Positions 8,912-18,224 of a stretch of DNA of 64,000 bases are shown here, one piece after another (position 1 is the stretch's first letter; the number at the start of each line of letters is the position of its first letter). Location of the stretch: the NCBI GenBank assembly GCA_964602485.1, contig CAZRQU010000001.1, forward strand, positions 52,284-116,283, read 5' to 3'. A model generated the notes under the pieces. The model saw only the letters and a list, made by a program, of their open reading frames with translations. It had not been told where the DNA came from and did not search any database. This DNA is from an uncultured Gammaproteobacteria bacterium (GTDB lineage Bacteria > Patescibacteriota > Patescibacteriia > Patescibacteriales > WJLG01). The translations under genes and the position numbers were made by a program.

Positions 8912-8912
8912 A

Positions 8913-9569
8913 ATGACTCAAGCAAACAACCTGTCAGAAAAACAAATAAGGGAAAAGCTCAGAGGAGAGAGTTTGGGTTCTGTTTTTAGTTCCAAAGTAA
9001 GAGGCAATCTTGACGCCAGTAGTACTAAAGCTGGAAAAGAAAGGTTGGCGGATAGATTAGCTGGCAAAAGCCTTAGCCAAAGAAAGGCTGTATATAAAGA
9101 ATTGGGTATAGGTGGTCGGGGCATACAGCGTATAGAAAGTATGATAGTTGGAAAGAGGGAGCCGACAAGAATGGAGAAGAAGATGATGAGAAGGAAGCAA
9201 GAATCTAAGAAAAGAAGGAATATCATGATGTCCAAAAGATCGGCAGAGGAGTCTGGAGGTATCTCTTCTTCAGGAGGGGCTACGGGTTATGAAGAAAGTA
9301 CGGGCGAATTTGCCGGTGGGCAAGTTAGAACTAAAAGCAGGGTCTCTATGGTGGGGCGTAAAGCGGATAAGAATGAAAGTGGCACTGCCTTGGGGGGTGC
9401 TAAAAAGAAAGGTTTTGCTTTGGACGATCCTGGCAGTAAAAGAGGTTTTGCCGGAGGCAAGGGGGCATCTGGACCAAGTAAAGGAGGGTTTGCTGGAAAA
9501 CCAAGCAAGAAAAGCGGTTTAGGAGGGCCATCCACTCCCGGCGGCGGCGGTCGCCCCTTGGGGTTTTGA
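8913..9569 (+). CDS. Hypothetical basic protein with a Gly-rich GFAG-repeat tail (218 aa)
   Basis: The ORF has a K/R-rich N-terminal half. The C-terminal half repeats EFAGG, GFALDD, GFAGGKG, GGFAGKP and ends GGGGRPLGF. Confidence 0.5.
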   Translation: MTQANNLSEKQIREKLRGESLGSVFSSKVRGNLDASSTKAGKERLADRLAGKSLSQRKAVYKELGIGGRGIQRIESMIVGKREPTRMEKKMMRRKQESKKRRNIMMSKRSAEESGGISSSGGATGYEESTGEFAGGQVRTKSRVSMVGRKADKNESGTALGGAKKKGFALDDPGSKRGFAGGKGASGPSKGGFAGKPSKKSGLGGPSTPGGGGRPLGF

Positions 9570-9586
9570 ATCATTAATTGTATTAT

Positions 9587-10561
9587 ATGATATTAACTCT
9601 TGTATTGTTCGTAATTGGTTTTATTTTTTTGATCAAGGGAGCCGACATATTGGTTGACGGCTCTTCTTCTATTGCCAAGAAGATGAAGATATCAGATATG
9701 GTCATTGGGTTGACTATCGTTGCTTTTGGTACTTCAGCTCCGGAATTGATAATTAGCTCCATAGCTTCTTTCAAAGGTAGCACCGGAATATCTTTAGGTA
9801 ATATAATTGGTTCCAATATATCCAATACTTTATTAATACTGGGAACAGCCGCTATTATAACACCCTTAGTGATCAAGAAACATACGATCCACAAAGAGAT
9901 ACCATTCTCTCTGTTGGCGGTGATAGCGGTGGCTATAATGATAAATGATTTTGCTATGGACGGGCATACCTTGAATGCTCTTACCAGAAGCGATGGCTTG
10001 GTCTTGATACTCTTCTTTATTATATTCATGTATTATACTTTTGGAATGAGCAATAATAAGGAAAGCGTACTTGAGGGTATGACCTCGAAGAACGAAGTGG
10101 AAGAATTCCATAATTTTAAATCCGTAGCGATGATAGTGATCGGTTTGTTTGGATTGTTTCTCGGTGGTAAATGGATAGTCGAAGGGGCAACTGAGATAGC
10201 GTTGACCCTTGGTCTGTCAGAGGCTTTGGTCGGTTTGACCATTGTAGCTATTGGAACATCCTTGCCGGAATTGGCCGCTTCGGCCGTAGCTGCTCGCAGA
10301 GGGAAGGCTGATATGGCTATCGGGAATGTGATCGGTTCCAATATTTTTAATTTTTTATGGGTGCTGGGAGTGGCTTCTACCATTAGTCCTATTGATTTCG
10401 ATACTATTCTTAATTTTGATATCCTGTCTTTGATAGGAGCTACTTTCATTTTGATATTGTTGATGTATATGGGAAAGAAAAGAGTATTGGATAAATACGA
10501 AGGTCTTGCTCTTTTGGGGTTATATTTCTTTTACATAAGTTTTTTAATTTATAGAGGATAG
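9587..10561 (+). CDS. Ca2+/cation antiporter, CaCA (YrbG-like) family
   Basis: The two alpha-repeat signatures GTSAPEL and GTSLPEL are present, with about 10 TM segments. The ATG at 9587 is preferred over the TTG at 9578 used by the track. Confidence 0.85.
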   Translation: MILTLVLFVIGFIFLIKGADILVDGSSSIAKKMKISDMVIGLTIVAFGTSAPELIISSIASFKGSTGISLGNIIGSNISNTLLILGTAAIITPLVIKKHTIHKEIPFSLLAVIAVAIMINDFAMDGHTLNALTRSDGLVLILFFIIFMYYTFGMSNNKESVLEGMTSKNEVEEFHNFKSVAMIVIGLFGLFLGGKWIVEGATEIALTLGLSEALVGLTIVAIGTSLPELAASAVAARRGKADMAIGNVIGSNIFNFLWVLGVASTISPIDFDTILNFDILSLIGATFILILLMYMGKKRVLDKYEGLALLGLYFFYISFLIYRG

Positions 10562-10566
10562 ACATT

Positions 10567-11232
10567 ATGAAAAAAAAGACGATGATAGTTTTTTTAGGAC
10601 CTCCGGGGTCTGGAAAAGGCACTCAAGCAGACAGTGTTTCGGAAAAGACGGGATTGCCAAAAATATCAGTAGGCGGGATATTTAGGCGAGAGATAGCTAG
10701 CGGTTCGAAGATAGGTAAAAAGGTCGAAGAGCGTATCGAGAAAGGGAAATTGATAACAACTGACCTTACCAACGAATTGTTGTCCAAAGAATTGGCTTCG
10801 ATAAATTCTGACTCTGGGTTCATTCTTGACGGTTACCCAAGAAAAGAGGATCAAATAGAATATACTCAAAGCAAAATAGATGAATTTTTGGAGCATGGTG
10901 GGAGCGCTTTTGTGATCTATATAGATATTACGGATAATGTGGTCAAAGAAAGAATAGGCGGAAGAAGATCTTGTTCTTGCGGAGAGAGTTTTCATATAAA
11001 ATATGACCCCCCAAAAGAGATGGGCATATGTGATACTTGCGGTAAGCAGCTATTCCAACGTGAAGATGATTCTGATGAAGCGGTTGAAAAGAGGCTAGAG
11101 ATCTTCCATAAGGAGAATGAACCTATATTGGATTATTTCAAAGATAAGGATTGTTTTTATAAAATAAATGGCAAACAGCCGATCAAAGAGGTCGAGAAAG
11201 AGATATTTGATCTATTGAATTTGGGGGAATAA
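10567..11232 (+). CDS. adk: Adenylate kinase (zinc-lid type)
   Basis: P-loop GPPGSGKGTQ, and a lid with CSCG...CDTCG. Confidence 0.95.
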   Translation: MKKKTMIVFLGPPGSGKGTQADSVSEKTGLPKISVGGIFRREIASGSKIGKKVEERIEKGKLITTDLTNELLSKELASINSDSGFILDGYPRKEDQIEYTQSKIDEFLEHGGSAFVIYIDITDNVVKERIGGRRSCSCGESFHIKYDPPKEMGICDTCGKQLFQREDDSDEAVEKRLEIFHKENEPILDYFKDKDCFYKINGKQPIKEVEKEIFDLLNLGE

Positions 11233-11236
11233 ACAT

Positions 11237-12049
11237 ATGACCAGTAAGAAAACAAAAGAAGAAATAAAGATATTAAGAGAAGGAGGGAAAAAGCTTTCAT
11301 CTATTTTGAAGAAGGTTAAAAAAGAGGTAAGGCCGGGGGTAAGTACTGAATTCTTGGAAGAGATCGCTTGTAAACTTATGAAAGAAGCTGGAGGGCGTCC
11401 TGCTTTTAAGAATTTTGAGATATTCTCCGGTGAATATTTTCCTACGGCTTTATGCACCTCGATAAACGAAGAAGTGGTTCATGCTCCGGCGATTCCCGGC
11501 AGAGTGCTTGAAGAAGGGGATATGATCGGGATCGATGTCGGGATGGAGTATCCCCTGAATGGCGGTAAAGTGGATAACAGATACTCTCGCCTAGGAGGGT
11601 TTTATACTGATATGTCGCAAACCGTGGCTGTTGGTAAAATAAGCAAAGAAAAGATCAAGATAATGGAAACGACCAAAAAATGTTTGGAATTGGCGATAAA
11701 AAAAGCTAAACCAGGCAACACCTTGAATGATATAGGGAAGGTCATACAAAAAAAAGCCGAAAGGGATGGTTTTTCGGTCGTTAGGGATCTGGTCGGTCAT
11801 GGTGTGGGGTATAAGGTCCATGAGGAGCCGCAAGTCTTTAATTATGATTTTGTTAAAGAAGGCATTAAGGATATGGTTTTAGAGCCAGGTCTAGTTATAG
11901 CTATAGAGCCCATGTTGAATGCTGGAGGGCCGGCTGTCAAAAGCGGTCCTGATGGTTTTAGCGTAGTTACTGCTGATGGCAGTGTAAGCGCTCATTTTGA
12001 GCATACTATTGCTATTACTGAAAAAGGGAATATTATAATAACTGCTTGA
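11237..12049 (+). CDS. map: Methionine aminopeptidase type I
   Basis: Contains GIDVG, GHGVG, HEEP and IAIEPM metal-ligand contexts. It follows adk as in spc-type clusters. Confidence 0.95.
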   Translation: MTSKKTKEEIKILREGGKKLSSILKKVKKEVRPGVSTEFLEEIACKLMKEAGGRPAFKNFEIFSGEYFPTALCTSINEEVVHAPAIPGRVLEEGDMIGIDVGMEYPLNGGKVDNRYSRLGGFYTDMSQTVAVGKISKEKIKIMETTKKCLELAIKKAKPGNTLNDIGKVIQKKAERDGFSVVRDLVGHGVGYKVHEEPQVFNYDFVKEGIKDMVLEPGLVIAIEPMLNAGGPAVKSGPDGFSVVTADGSVSAHFEHTIAITEKGNIIITA

Positions 12050-12054
12050 TCATT

Positions 12055-12462
12055 ATGACAGACAAGGAAGAGAAGATAATTTTAGGAATTGATTGGGGAG
12101 AGAAAAGAATAGGCTTAGCCGAGGCTGATAGTTTGACTAAGGTGGCTGTTCCTCTTTTTTCAGTGGGTAATATGAAAGAGCTGGAAGAGGTTGTGTCCCA
12201 GGAGGGGGCCGATATTCTGATAATAGGACAGCCGGTCAAGATGTCCGGTGACAAAGAGTCTATAAATCCTGATTTTTTGGGTTTTATTGAGAGATTAAAA
12301 AATAGATTGCCGAACAAAAGGATAGAGTTGTTCGATGAAAGGCTCACGAGCAAACAGGCCGATTCCTTGCCAGGAGATAAGCGAAATAAGGCTGGCCGGG
12401 ATGAAGTGGCAGCTATGTTGATATTACAAGGTTATTTGGACTTATATGGAGACGACTTTTAA
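12055..12462 (+). CDS. ruvX: YqgF/RuvX-like putative Holliday junction resolvase / pre-16S rRNA nuclease
   Basis: Contains ILGIDWGEKRIGLA and ends DE.AA..ILQGYLD. The ATG at 12055 is preferred over the TTG at 12046. Confidence 0.85.
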   Translation: MTDKEEKIILGIDWGEKRIGLAEADSLTKVAVPLFSVGNMKELEEVVSQEGADILIIGQPVKMSGDKESINPDFLGFIERLKNRLPNKRIELFDERLTSKQADSLPGDKRNKAGRDEVAAMLILQGYLDLYGDDF

Positions 12463-13078
12463 TACACAAGCTCTTGTTGTGGATCGATATCCATTTAAAG
12501 AGTTCGATAGTCGAGTGATCGTCTTTTCCAAGGATAAAGGCAGACTCGATCTGGTGGCTAGAGGTGCGAGAAGATCAACCTCTAAGATAGCTTGTCATAT
12601 AGAGCCGATATCCATTTCAAGTATAATGATAGTTCCCGGTAAGACATATGATTATGCGGGGTCGGTCAAAGGCAGCAACTTTTATTCAGGGATCAAAAAA
12701 GATCTTGATAAGGTTATGTTGGCCGGTCGAGCTCTTTGCTTGATAAAGAATATAACCAAGGAAGGGGAGGAAGGCGATTTTCCCCGACAGTATGGTATAT
12801 TGAAGGATTTTTTTGATATTTTAGATAAAGAGGATAGGGACAGTAAGGAGAAAATATATATTTTCTTTGCTTTTAAGATGCTTTATGAACTTGGATTTTT
12901 GCCTGACCCAGAGGTGATATTCAGAGATGATCGTCGTCAGCAAATACTAACATCTATCTTAAAAGATGATTTTGAAAAAGCTTGTGGATCTCAAGTTAGT
13001 AGCAGGGATGTGGCCGATATAAGGTCTAAGATAAGAAAATTTTTGGATTTTAATTTAGAATTCCCTAAAGCTTGCTAA
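12446..13078 (+). CDS. recO: DNA repair protein RecO
   Basis: The N-terminal OB-like region (ALVVDRYPFKEFDSRVIVFSKDKGRLDLVARGARRSTSK) matches the RecO pattern. It overlaps ruvX by 17 nt. Confidence 0.78.
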   Translation: METTFNTQALVVDRYPFKEFDSRVIVFSKDKGRLDLVARGARRSTSKIACHIEPISISSIMIVPGKTYDYAGSVKGSNFYSGIKKDLDKVMLAGRALCLIKNITKEGEEGDFPRQYGILKDFFDILDKEDRDSKEKIYIFFAFKMLYELGFLPDPEVIFRDDRRQQILTSILKDDFEKACGSQVSSRDVADIRSKIRKFLDFNLEFPKAC

Positions 13079-13160
13079 ATAAAGGGAAATAAGATAACAT
13101 AATATGTGATCGTCCCGCTAAAAGATTCGATCATAATATAAGTAATAATTTAAATATTTT

Positions 13161-14942
13161 ATGCTTAGAACTCATACTTGTGGTGAATTAAAGAAGGAGA
13201 ATGTAGGAGGAGAGGTGGAGCTATCCGGCTGGGTCCATAGTCGACGTGATCACGGCGGAGTTATCTTTATAGACCTTAGGGATCGTTATGGATTGACTCA
13301 GATAAAATTCGATCCTAACAAAGATTCCAAGACTTGGCAGAAGGCTGATGGGCTAAGGAATGAGTGGGTGGTGAAGGTTAAAGGTCAAGTAATAGCCAGG
13401 CCGGAAGATATGGTAAACCCTAAGCTAGAAACAGGAGAAGTGGAAGTGGAGGTTTCCGAGCTTGATATATTGAATGCTTCCAAGATCCCTCCCTTTGAGA
13501 TAAACGAAGAGAAAAAGACAAAGGCTTCTGAGTCTTTGCGTTTGAAATATCGCTTTTTGGATCTTAGAAAGAAACGTTTACAGAATATATTGAAGACCAG
13601 GAATGATCTTATTAGATATGTGAGGAATTATTTCAATGAGCGTGATTTCTTGGAGGTCCAGACTCCCATACTGGCCAATTCTTCTCCGGAAGGGGCGCGT
13701 GATTATTTAGTGCCTTCACGTTTGTATCCGGGTAAATTCTATGCCTTGCCTCAAGCTCCTCAACAATTCAAACAACTTTTGATGGTAGGAGGGGTTGATA
13801 AGTATTTTCAAATAGCTCCTTGTTTTCGAGACGAGGATCCGCGAGCGGATAGGCATCCGGGGTCATTCTATCAGATAGATATGGAAATGAGCTTTGTCGA
13901 GCAGGAAGATATTTGGGATACGGTTGAGCCTTTAATGATCGAGCTTTCAGAAAAATTCGGGAAAAAGGAGATAATTAAGAAGCCTTTTCCAAAGATACCT
14001 TATAAAGAGTGCTTGATCAAGTATGGTATAGATAAGCCGGATCTTCGTTTTGATATGGAGATAGAGCCTGTAACTGATATGGTGAAGGATTGCGGATTTT
14101 CGGTTTTTTCCGAGGCGGTTAAGAATGGCGGAGTGGTTCACGCCTTGAAAGCAGACAACTCCGAAGGCAAATTCACTAGAAAGATCATTGATGAGTTGAC
14201 CGAAGCTGCTCGAGCTAAGGGAGCTAAAGGATTGGCCTATATTATAGTCAAAGAAGAGGGGTTGCAGTCGCCCATAATAAAATTTTTAGGTGATGACTTG
14301 GCCCAAGAAATAGTGAAATATTTGAAAGCCAAAGCGGGGGATATAGTATTTTTCGGAGCTGATGATCTTAGAACGGTTTGCGCTTCTTTAGGAGAGGTTC
14401 GCTCTAGATGTGGTGATATTTTGGAGTTAAAGGATCCTAAAAAGATAGCATGGGTTTGGGTGATAGATTTTCCAATGTATGATTATTCTGAGATAGAAGA
14501 GGGAAAGATAGATTTTTCCCACAATCCTTTTTCTATGCCTCAGGGCGGAATGGATGATCTGGAAAATAAGGACCCCTTGGATATTTTAGCTTTTCAATAC
14601 GATCTGGTCGCCAATGGTTTGGAGATATCTTCCGGAGCCATCAGGAACCATGATCCGAAGATAATGTATAAAGCCTTTGAAATAGCTGGTTACACCAAGG
14701 AGCAAGTGGATGAGAAATTCGGACATATGATCAATGCCTTTGAATATGGCGCTCCTCCGCACGGAGGTTTTGCTCCCGGGTTGGATAGGTTATTGATGAT
14801 ATTATTGGGCTGTGATTCTATTCGTGATATATATGCCTTTCCTAAAGATGGTCAGGCTAAGGATACGATGCTTGGCGCTCCTAGTGATGTATCTGAAAAA
14901 CAGTTAAAGGAACTCGGTCTCAAAATAATCAAGGATGAATAA
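13161..14942 (+). CDS. aspS: Aspartyl-tRNA synthetase (bacterial type with GAD insertion)
   Basis: 593 aa with LRTHTCGEL, FRDEDPRADR, a GLEISSGAIR.H region and GGFAPGLDRL class II motifs. Confidence 0.96.
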   Translation: MLRTHTCGELKKENVGGEVELSGWVHSRRDHGGVIFIDLRDRYGLTQIKFDPNKDSKTWQKADGLRNEWVVKVKGQVIARPEDMVNPKLETGEVEVEVSELDILNASKIPPFEINEEKKTKASESLRLKYRFLDLRKKRLQNILKTRNDLIRYVRNYFNERDFLEVQTPILANSSPEGARDYLVPSRLYPGKFYALPQAPQQFKQLLMVGGVDKYFQIAPCFRDEDPRADRHPGSFYQIDMEMSFVEQEDIWDTVEPLMIELSEKFGKKEIIKKPFPKIPYKECLIKYGIDKPDLRFDMEIEPVTDMVKDCGFSVFSEAVKNGGVVHALKADNSEGKFTRKIIDELTEAARAKGAKGLAYIIVKEEGLQSPIIKFLGDDLAQEIVKYLKAKAGDIVFFGADDLRTVCASLGEVRSRCGDILELKDPKKIAWVWVIDFPMYDYSEIEEGKIDFSHNPFSMPQGGMDDLENKDPLDILAFQYDLVANGLEISSGAIRNHDPKIMYKAFEIAGYTKEQVDEKFGHMINAFEYGAPPHGGFAPGLDRLLMILLGCDSIRDIYAFPKDGQAKDTMLGAPSDVSEKQLKELGLKIIKDE

Positions 14943-14952
14943 TAATTAAAAT

Positions 14953-15912
14953 ATGATCTTTATGGAAGAGAACAAGGGGAACGCGGCCAAATTCGCTTTC
15001 TTTTATCTTTTGTCTTTGGTCGGACTTATTTTCGTATCAATATCGGTTGGTACGATAATATTCGAGATAATAAATAAATTCATTGATGACCCCGCTGGAT
15101 ATTATGGTGGTGCTTTTAACGATCAGGCGGTCAAATTCGCTATTTCCGCTATCTTCGTGGCCGGCCCGATATTTTATGTGGTAACATCTTTTATTTATAA
15201 GAGTCTCTACAAAGGAGAACTGGACAAGGACTCGGGGGTCCGTCGTTGGTTGACCTATTTTATACTTTTTGTTTCTTCAGTAGTTATGATAGGTTGGCTG
15301 ATAGGGGTTATAAACAATTTTCTTAACGGAGAAATAACCTTGAAGTTCGTATTAAAGGCTTTAACTTCATTAATGATCGCTTCTGGGATATTCAGTTTTT
15401 ATCTTTATGACATAAGGAGAGAAGATATTCACCAAAAGAAAGACAAGGTTATAAAGGTGTTCTTTTATGTTTCTTTGGTGATCGTTTCATCTGTGTTCAT
15501 TGCTTCTTTTTTTATGATAGATTCCCCTAAAAAAGCCAATGAGAAGAAGATAGACCGACGAATAATCAATAATTTCAGGCAGGTTGATACTTGTGTCGAA
15601 GAATATCATAGGAACAATGATAAACTTCCCGAGAATATGGCTTCGATAAAACAAGAATGTAATTACATTCTTGACGACGAGTTAAAGGATCCAGAAACAG
15701 GCGATATGTTCGAATATAAGATAGTTGGAGATGGCGAGTATGAACTCTGCGCCGAATTCAGGACATCGAACATAGAAGAGGGCAGTGATCACCCTTATTC
15801 TTTTGATAGAAAAGAGGATCTTCACGCATCAGGATGGCAATGCCTAAAAAGAGAGGTTTACGAGGAAAAAAAAGAACAAGCCCCTGACATTGAGCCAGCT
15901 TTAGAAAGTTAA
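14953..15912 (+). CDS. Multi-pass membrane protein with a Cys-containing C-terminal domain (N-terminal module resembles DUF5671-type proteins common in CPR)
   Basis: Five hydrophobic segments are followed by a soluble domain of about 130 aa. The family assignment is from memory only. Confidence 0.5.
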   Translation: MIFMEENKGNAAKFAFFYLLSLVGLIFVSISVGTIIFEIINKFIDDPAGYYGGAFNDQAVKFAISAIFVAGPIFYVVTSFIYKSLYKGELDKDSGVRRWLTYFILFVSSVVMIGWLIGVINNFLNGEITLKFVLKALTSLMIASGIFSFYLYDIRREDIHQKKDKVIKVFFYVSLVIVSSVFIASFFMIDSPKKANEKKIDRRIINNFRQVDTCVEEYHRNNDKLPENMASIKQECNYILDDELKDPETGDMFEYKIVGDGEYELCAEFRTSNIEEGSDHPYSFDRKEDLHASGWQCLKREVYEEKKEQAPDIEPALES

Positions 15913-15938
15913 TATGCATTCACTTGAATTGATGATTG

Positions 15939-15947
15939 TGGTATAAT
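15939..15947 (+). promoter_or_regulatory. Extended -10 promoter element TGgTATAAT
   Basis: TGGTATAAT read directly, about 110 nt upstream of the 16059 start. No good -35 is present. Confidence 0.4.
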
Positions 15948-16058
15948 ATATAACATAAGAAGATATTTTTATATCAAGATCCGTTTTCTCCTAAGAATGC
16001 GGGGTGTCAAGTGCCGGGTTTTTAGACCGGAGCAGTTGACCATGACCCATACTTCAAT

Positions 16059-16847
16059 ATGAGCACTAAAGTTGATAATGCCTCTGTACAAGGGTATCTT
16101 CAGGACAAAGGTATAAAGCATGATATTTTAGACCACAAAACGGTCTATACAGCCATTGATGCGGCCAATACCATGAAGAAGAAAATGAACGAAATAGTTA
16201 AATCCTTATTGGTCAAGGCTGATAAGAAATATTTTTTGGTTTGTTTGCCGGCCGACCATAATCTTGATCTTAAAAAAGTAAAGAAAATAATAAAAGAAGA
16301 AACAGGCGAGAAGGTCAAAGCTGTTCAAATACCGGATGAAAAGACGATGAAAAGGTTCGCCAAAGCTAAAGACGCCAGCCTTTCAGCTTTTGGCACTATA
16401 CATGATCTACCGGTCATACTTGATAGAAAATTAGGCAAGCTAAAAAAGGCGGTATTCTCTTCAGGAAAGCTTGATCACTCAATAGAGATGGCTGTAAAGG
16501 ATTTCGTTAAATTGGAAAATGCCATTCTGGGTAATTTTGGAATAAAGAAGAAAGTTAAAATAATAAAGCCTGCTCCTTCCAAGAAGAAGGGGGAGGCAAA
16601 GGCTATGAAAAAGGCAACAAAAAAGAAAGCCACTCCAAAGAAGACCGCTAAGAAACCGGCTAAGAAAGCGGTGAAGAAGACCGCTAAGAAAGCGGTGAAG
16701 AAAACAGTCAGGAAACCGGCCAAAAAGAAAGCAGCCACTAAGAAGACTGCTAAGAAGAAACCGGCTAAGAAAGCGGTGAAGAAGACCGCTAAGAAGCCGG
16801 TTAGGAAACCGGCCAAAAAGAGAACGACCGCTAAGAAAAAGAAATAG
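16059..16847 (+). CDS. YbaK/EbsC-like aminoacyl-tRNA deacylase domain fused to a histone-H1-like Lys/Ala/Pro tail of about 95 aa
   Basis: The N-terminal 165 aa or so follow the YbaK pattern (H..VYTA.DAA....IVKSLLVK....FLVCLPADH.LDLKKV). The C-terminus is AKKPAKKAVKKTAKK repeats. Confidence 0.65.
   Translation: MSTKVDNASVQGYLQDKGIKHDILDHKTVYTAIDAANTMKKKMNEIVKSLLVKADKKYFLVCLPADHNLDLKKVKKIIKEETGEKVKAVQIPDEKTMKRFAKAKDASLSAFGTIHDLPVILDRKLGKLKKAVFSSGKLDHSIEMAVKDFVKLENAILGNFGIKKKVKIIKPAPSKKKGEAKAMKKATKKKATPKKTAKKPAKKAVKKTAKKAVKKTVRKPAKKKAATKKTAKKKPAKKAVKKTAKKPVRKPAKKRTTAKKKK
16653..16821 (+). repeat. Internal direct duplication of about 105 bp in the Lys-rich tail
   Basis: The 38-mer AAACCGGCTAAGAAAGCGGTGAAGAAGACCGCTAAGAA occurs at 16653-16690 and again at 16758-16795. 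GGAAACCGGCCAAAAAGA occurs at 16711-16728 and 16804-16821. Confidence 0.85.
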
Positions 16848-16868
16848 TAGCTTCATACCAAAAGGAGG

Positions 16869-16900
16869 ATCCGCCTTAGGCTTTTGTTTAAGGCGGATTT
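16869..16900 (+). terminator. Hairpin terminator after the YbaK-like gene
   Basis: ATCCGCCTTA-loop-TAAGGCGGAT followed by TTTAGGCATTTTT, so the T-run is interrupted. Confidence 0.5.
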
Positions 16901-16932
16901 AGGCATTTTTAGAATTTTTTCGTGATCTTATT

Positions 16933-17652
16933 ATGATGAACATCAAGATCGATAAATTCGAAGGTCCGTTAGGGTTGCTTTTGACAATGATAGAGAAAGA
17001 AAAACTTGATATTACGGAAGTCAATCTAGCAAAGGTTGCCGACCAGTATGTGGAACATATAAAGAGATCCAAAGAGATAGATCCTGATGTGTTGGCAGAT
17101 TTTTTGGTTATAGCAGCCAAATTGCTTTACATAAAGTCAAAAGCCCTTTTACCATATCTTTTTCCTGAGGAAGATGATGAAGTGGGCGATCTGGAAGGCC
17201 AGCTCAGGATGTACAGAGAGTTCTTAAAAGCCAGCTTGGCTGTTGAGGAAAGAATAAAAAAAGAGAATTTTTTATTCAGCCCTAGTAATAACCTATTGGA
17301 AAGAGCTTCTGATTTTTCCGATCTTTTCGCCTTTTCACCACCAAAGAAAACAAAGCCAAATAACCTAAAGATTGCTTATGAGAGTTTTTTACAAAGAAGA
17401 AGACCGAAAAATAAAATTCTTCGCGAAGAGACCATTGAATATAAGATCAATATCGAGGATAGGATATTAAGCATAGAGAAGGCCTTGGTCGAGAAGATAA
17501 CTTTCAATTTTTCTAAACTGCTTGAGAGAGTAGAGTCAAAAACAGAAGTGATAGTCAGCTTTTTGGCTTTGCTTGAATTAATGAAAAGCAAGACAGTGGC
17601 CGCTGAGCAGTCGACCCCTTTTTCAGATATAACCATCAGTAAAAAGCAATGA
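16933..17652 (+). CDS. scpA: Segregation and condensation protein A
   Basis: Contains KIDKFEGPLGLLLTMIEKEKLDITEVNLAKVADQY, typical of ScpA. It is coupled to scpB by an ATGA overlap. Confidence 0.9.
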   Translation: MMNIKIDKFEGPLGLLLTMIEKEKLDITEVNLAKVADQYVEHIKRSKEIDPDVLADFLVIAAKLLYIKSKALLPYLFPEEDDEVGDLEGQLRMYREFLKASLAVEERIKKENFLFSPSNNLLERASDFSDLFAFSPPKKTKPNNLKIAYESFLQRRRPKNKILREETIEYKINIEDRILSIEKALVEKITFNFSKLLERVESKTEVIVSFLALLELMKSKTVAAEQSTPFSDITISKKQ

Positions 17653-18224
17653 ATATGAACATAAGATCACAAATAGAGGCAGTGCTTTTTATGTCTGCCC
17701 GTCCAATGTCTATAAAAAAATTAGCTAAAGCCATAGAGGCAGAAGAGAACGAGGTCAAGGATGCTTGCGAAAAACTTTTTTTTGAATATAAAGAAAGGGA
17801 TGGAGGATTGATAATAGTCAAAAAGGAGAACAAAATACAAATGGCCACTTCCGGAGACGTTTCCAAGACCATCCAAAAGTTCATTAAAGATGAGACCACA
17901 GGCGAGCTTTCACGACCGAGTCTGGAGACATTGACCATAATAGCTTACAGGGGGCCGGTGTCCAAAACGGACCTTGATAGAATAAGAGGGGTTAATTGTT
18001 CTCTTATATTAAGGAATTTGCTAGTTAGAGGTTTAGTCGAATCAAAAGAAGATAAAGAGGAAGCTTTTTACAGTGTTTCTTTTGATTTTTTGAAATTCTT
18101 AGGTGTTGGAGACGTTAAGGATCTACCTGACTATGAAAGGTTGAGTAAAGATGATTGTATTGATAGAATATTAGAAGAAAAGGAGCAAAATGATATCAAT
18201 ATAAACAAGCAAACATATGTCTAA
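17649..18224 (+). CDS. scpB: Segregation and condensation protein B
   Basis: Contains IEAVLFMSARPMSIKKLA, LS...LETLTIIAY.GPV.K and IRGV. Confidence 0.9.
   Translation: MNMNIRSQIEAVLFMSARPMSIKKLAKAIEAEENEVKDACEKLFFEYKERDGGLIIVKKENKIQMATSGDVSKTIQKFIKDETTGELSRPSLETLTIIAYRGPVSKTDLDRIRGVNCSLILRNLLVRGLVESKEDKEEAFYSVSFDFLKFLGVGDVKDLPDYERLSKDDCIDRILEEKEQNDININKQTYV

Noticed and set aside
9289-9522. 77-aa alternative-frame ORF within the Gly-rich gene, and the 95-aa Pro-rich antisense ORF at 9287-9574
   Set aside because: Both are compositional artefacts of the GGN/GCN-rich region. The main frame is continuous with the upstream coupled gene.
15950-16058. T-box or other riboswitch in the leader of the YbaK-like gene
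   Set aside because: The leader is about 110 nt, far too short for a T-box. I saw only a modest nested hairpin (16006-16040), no specifier or T-box sequence and no terminator.
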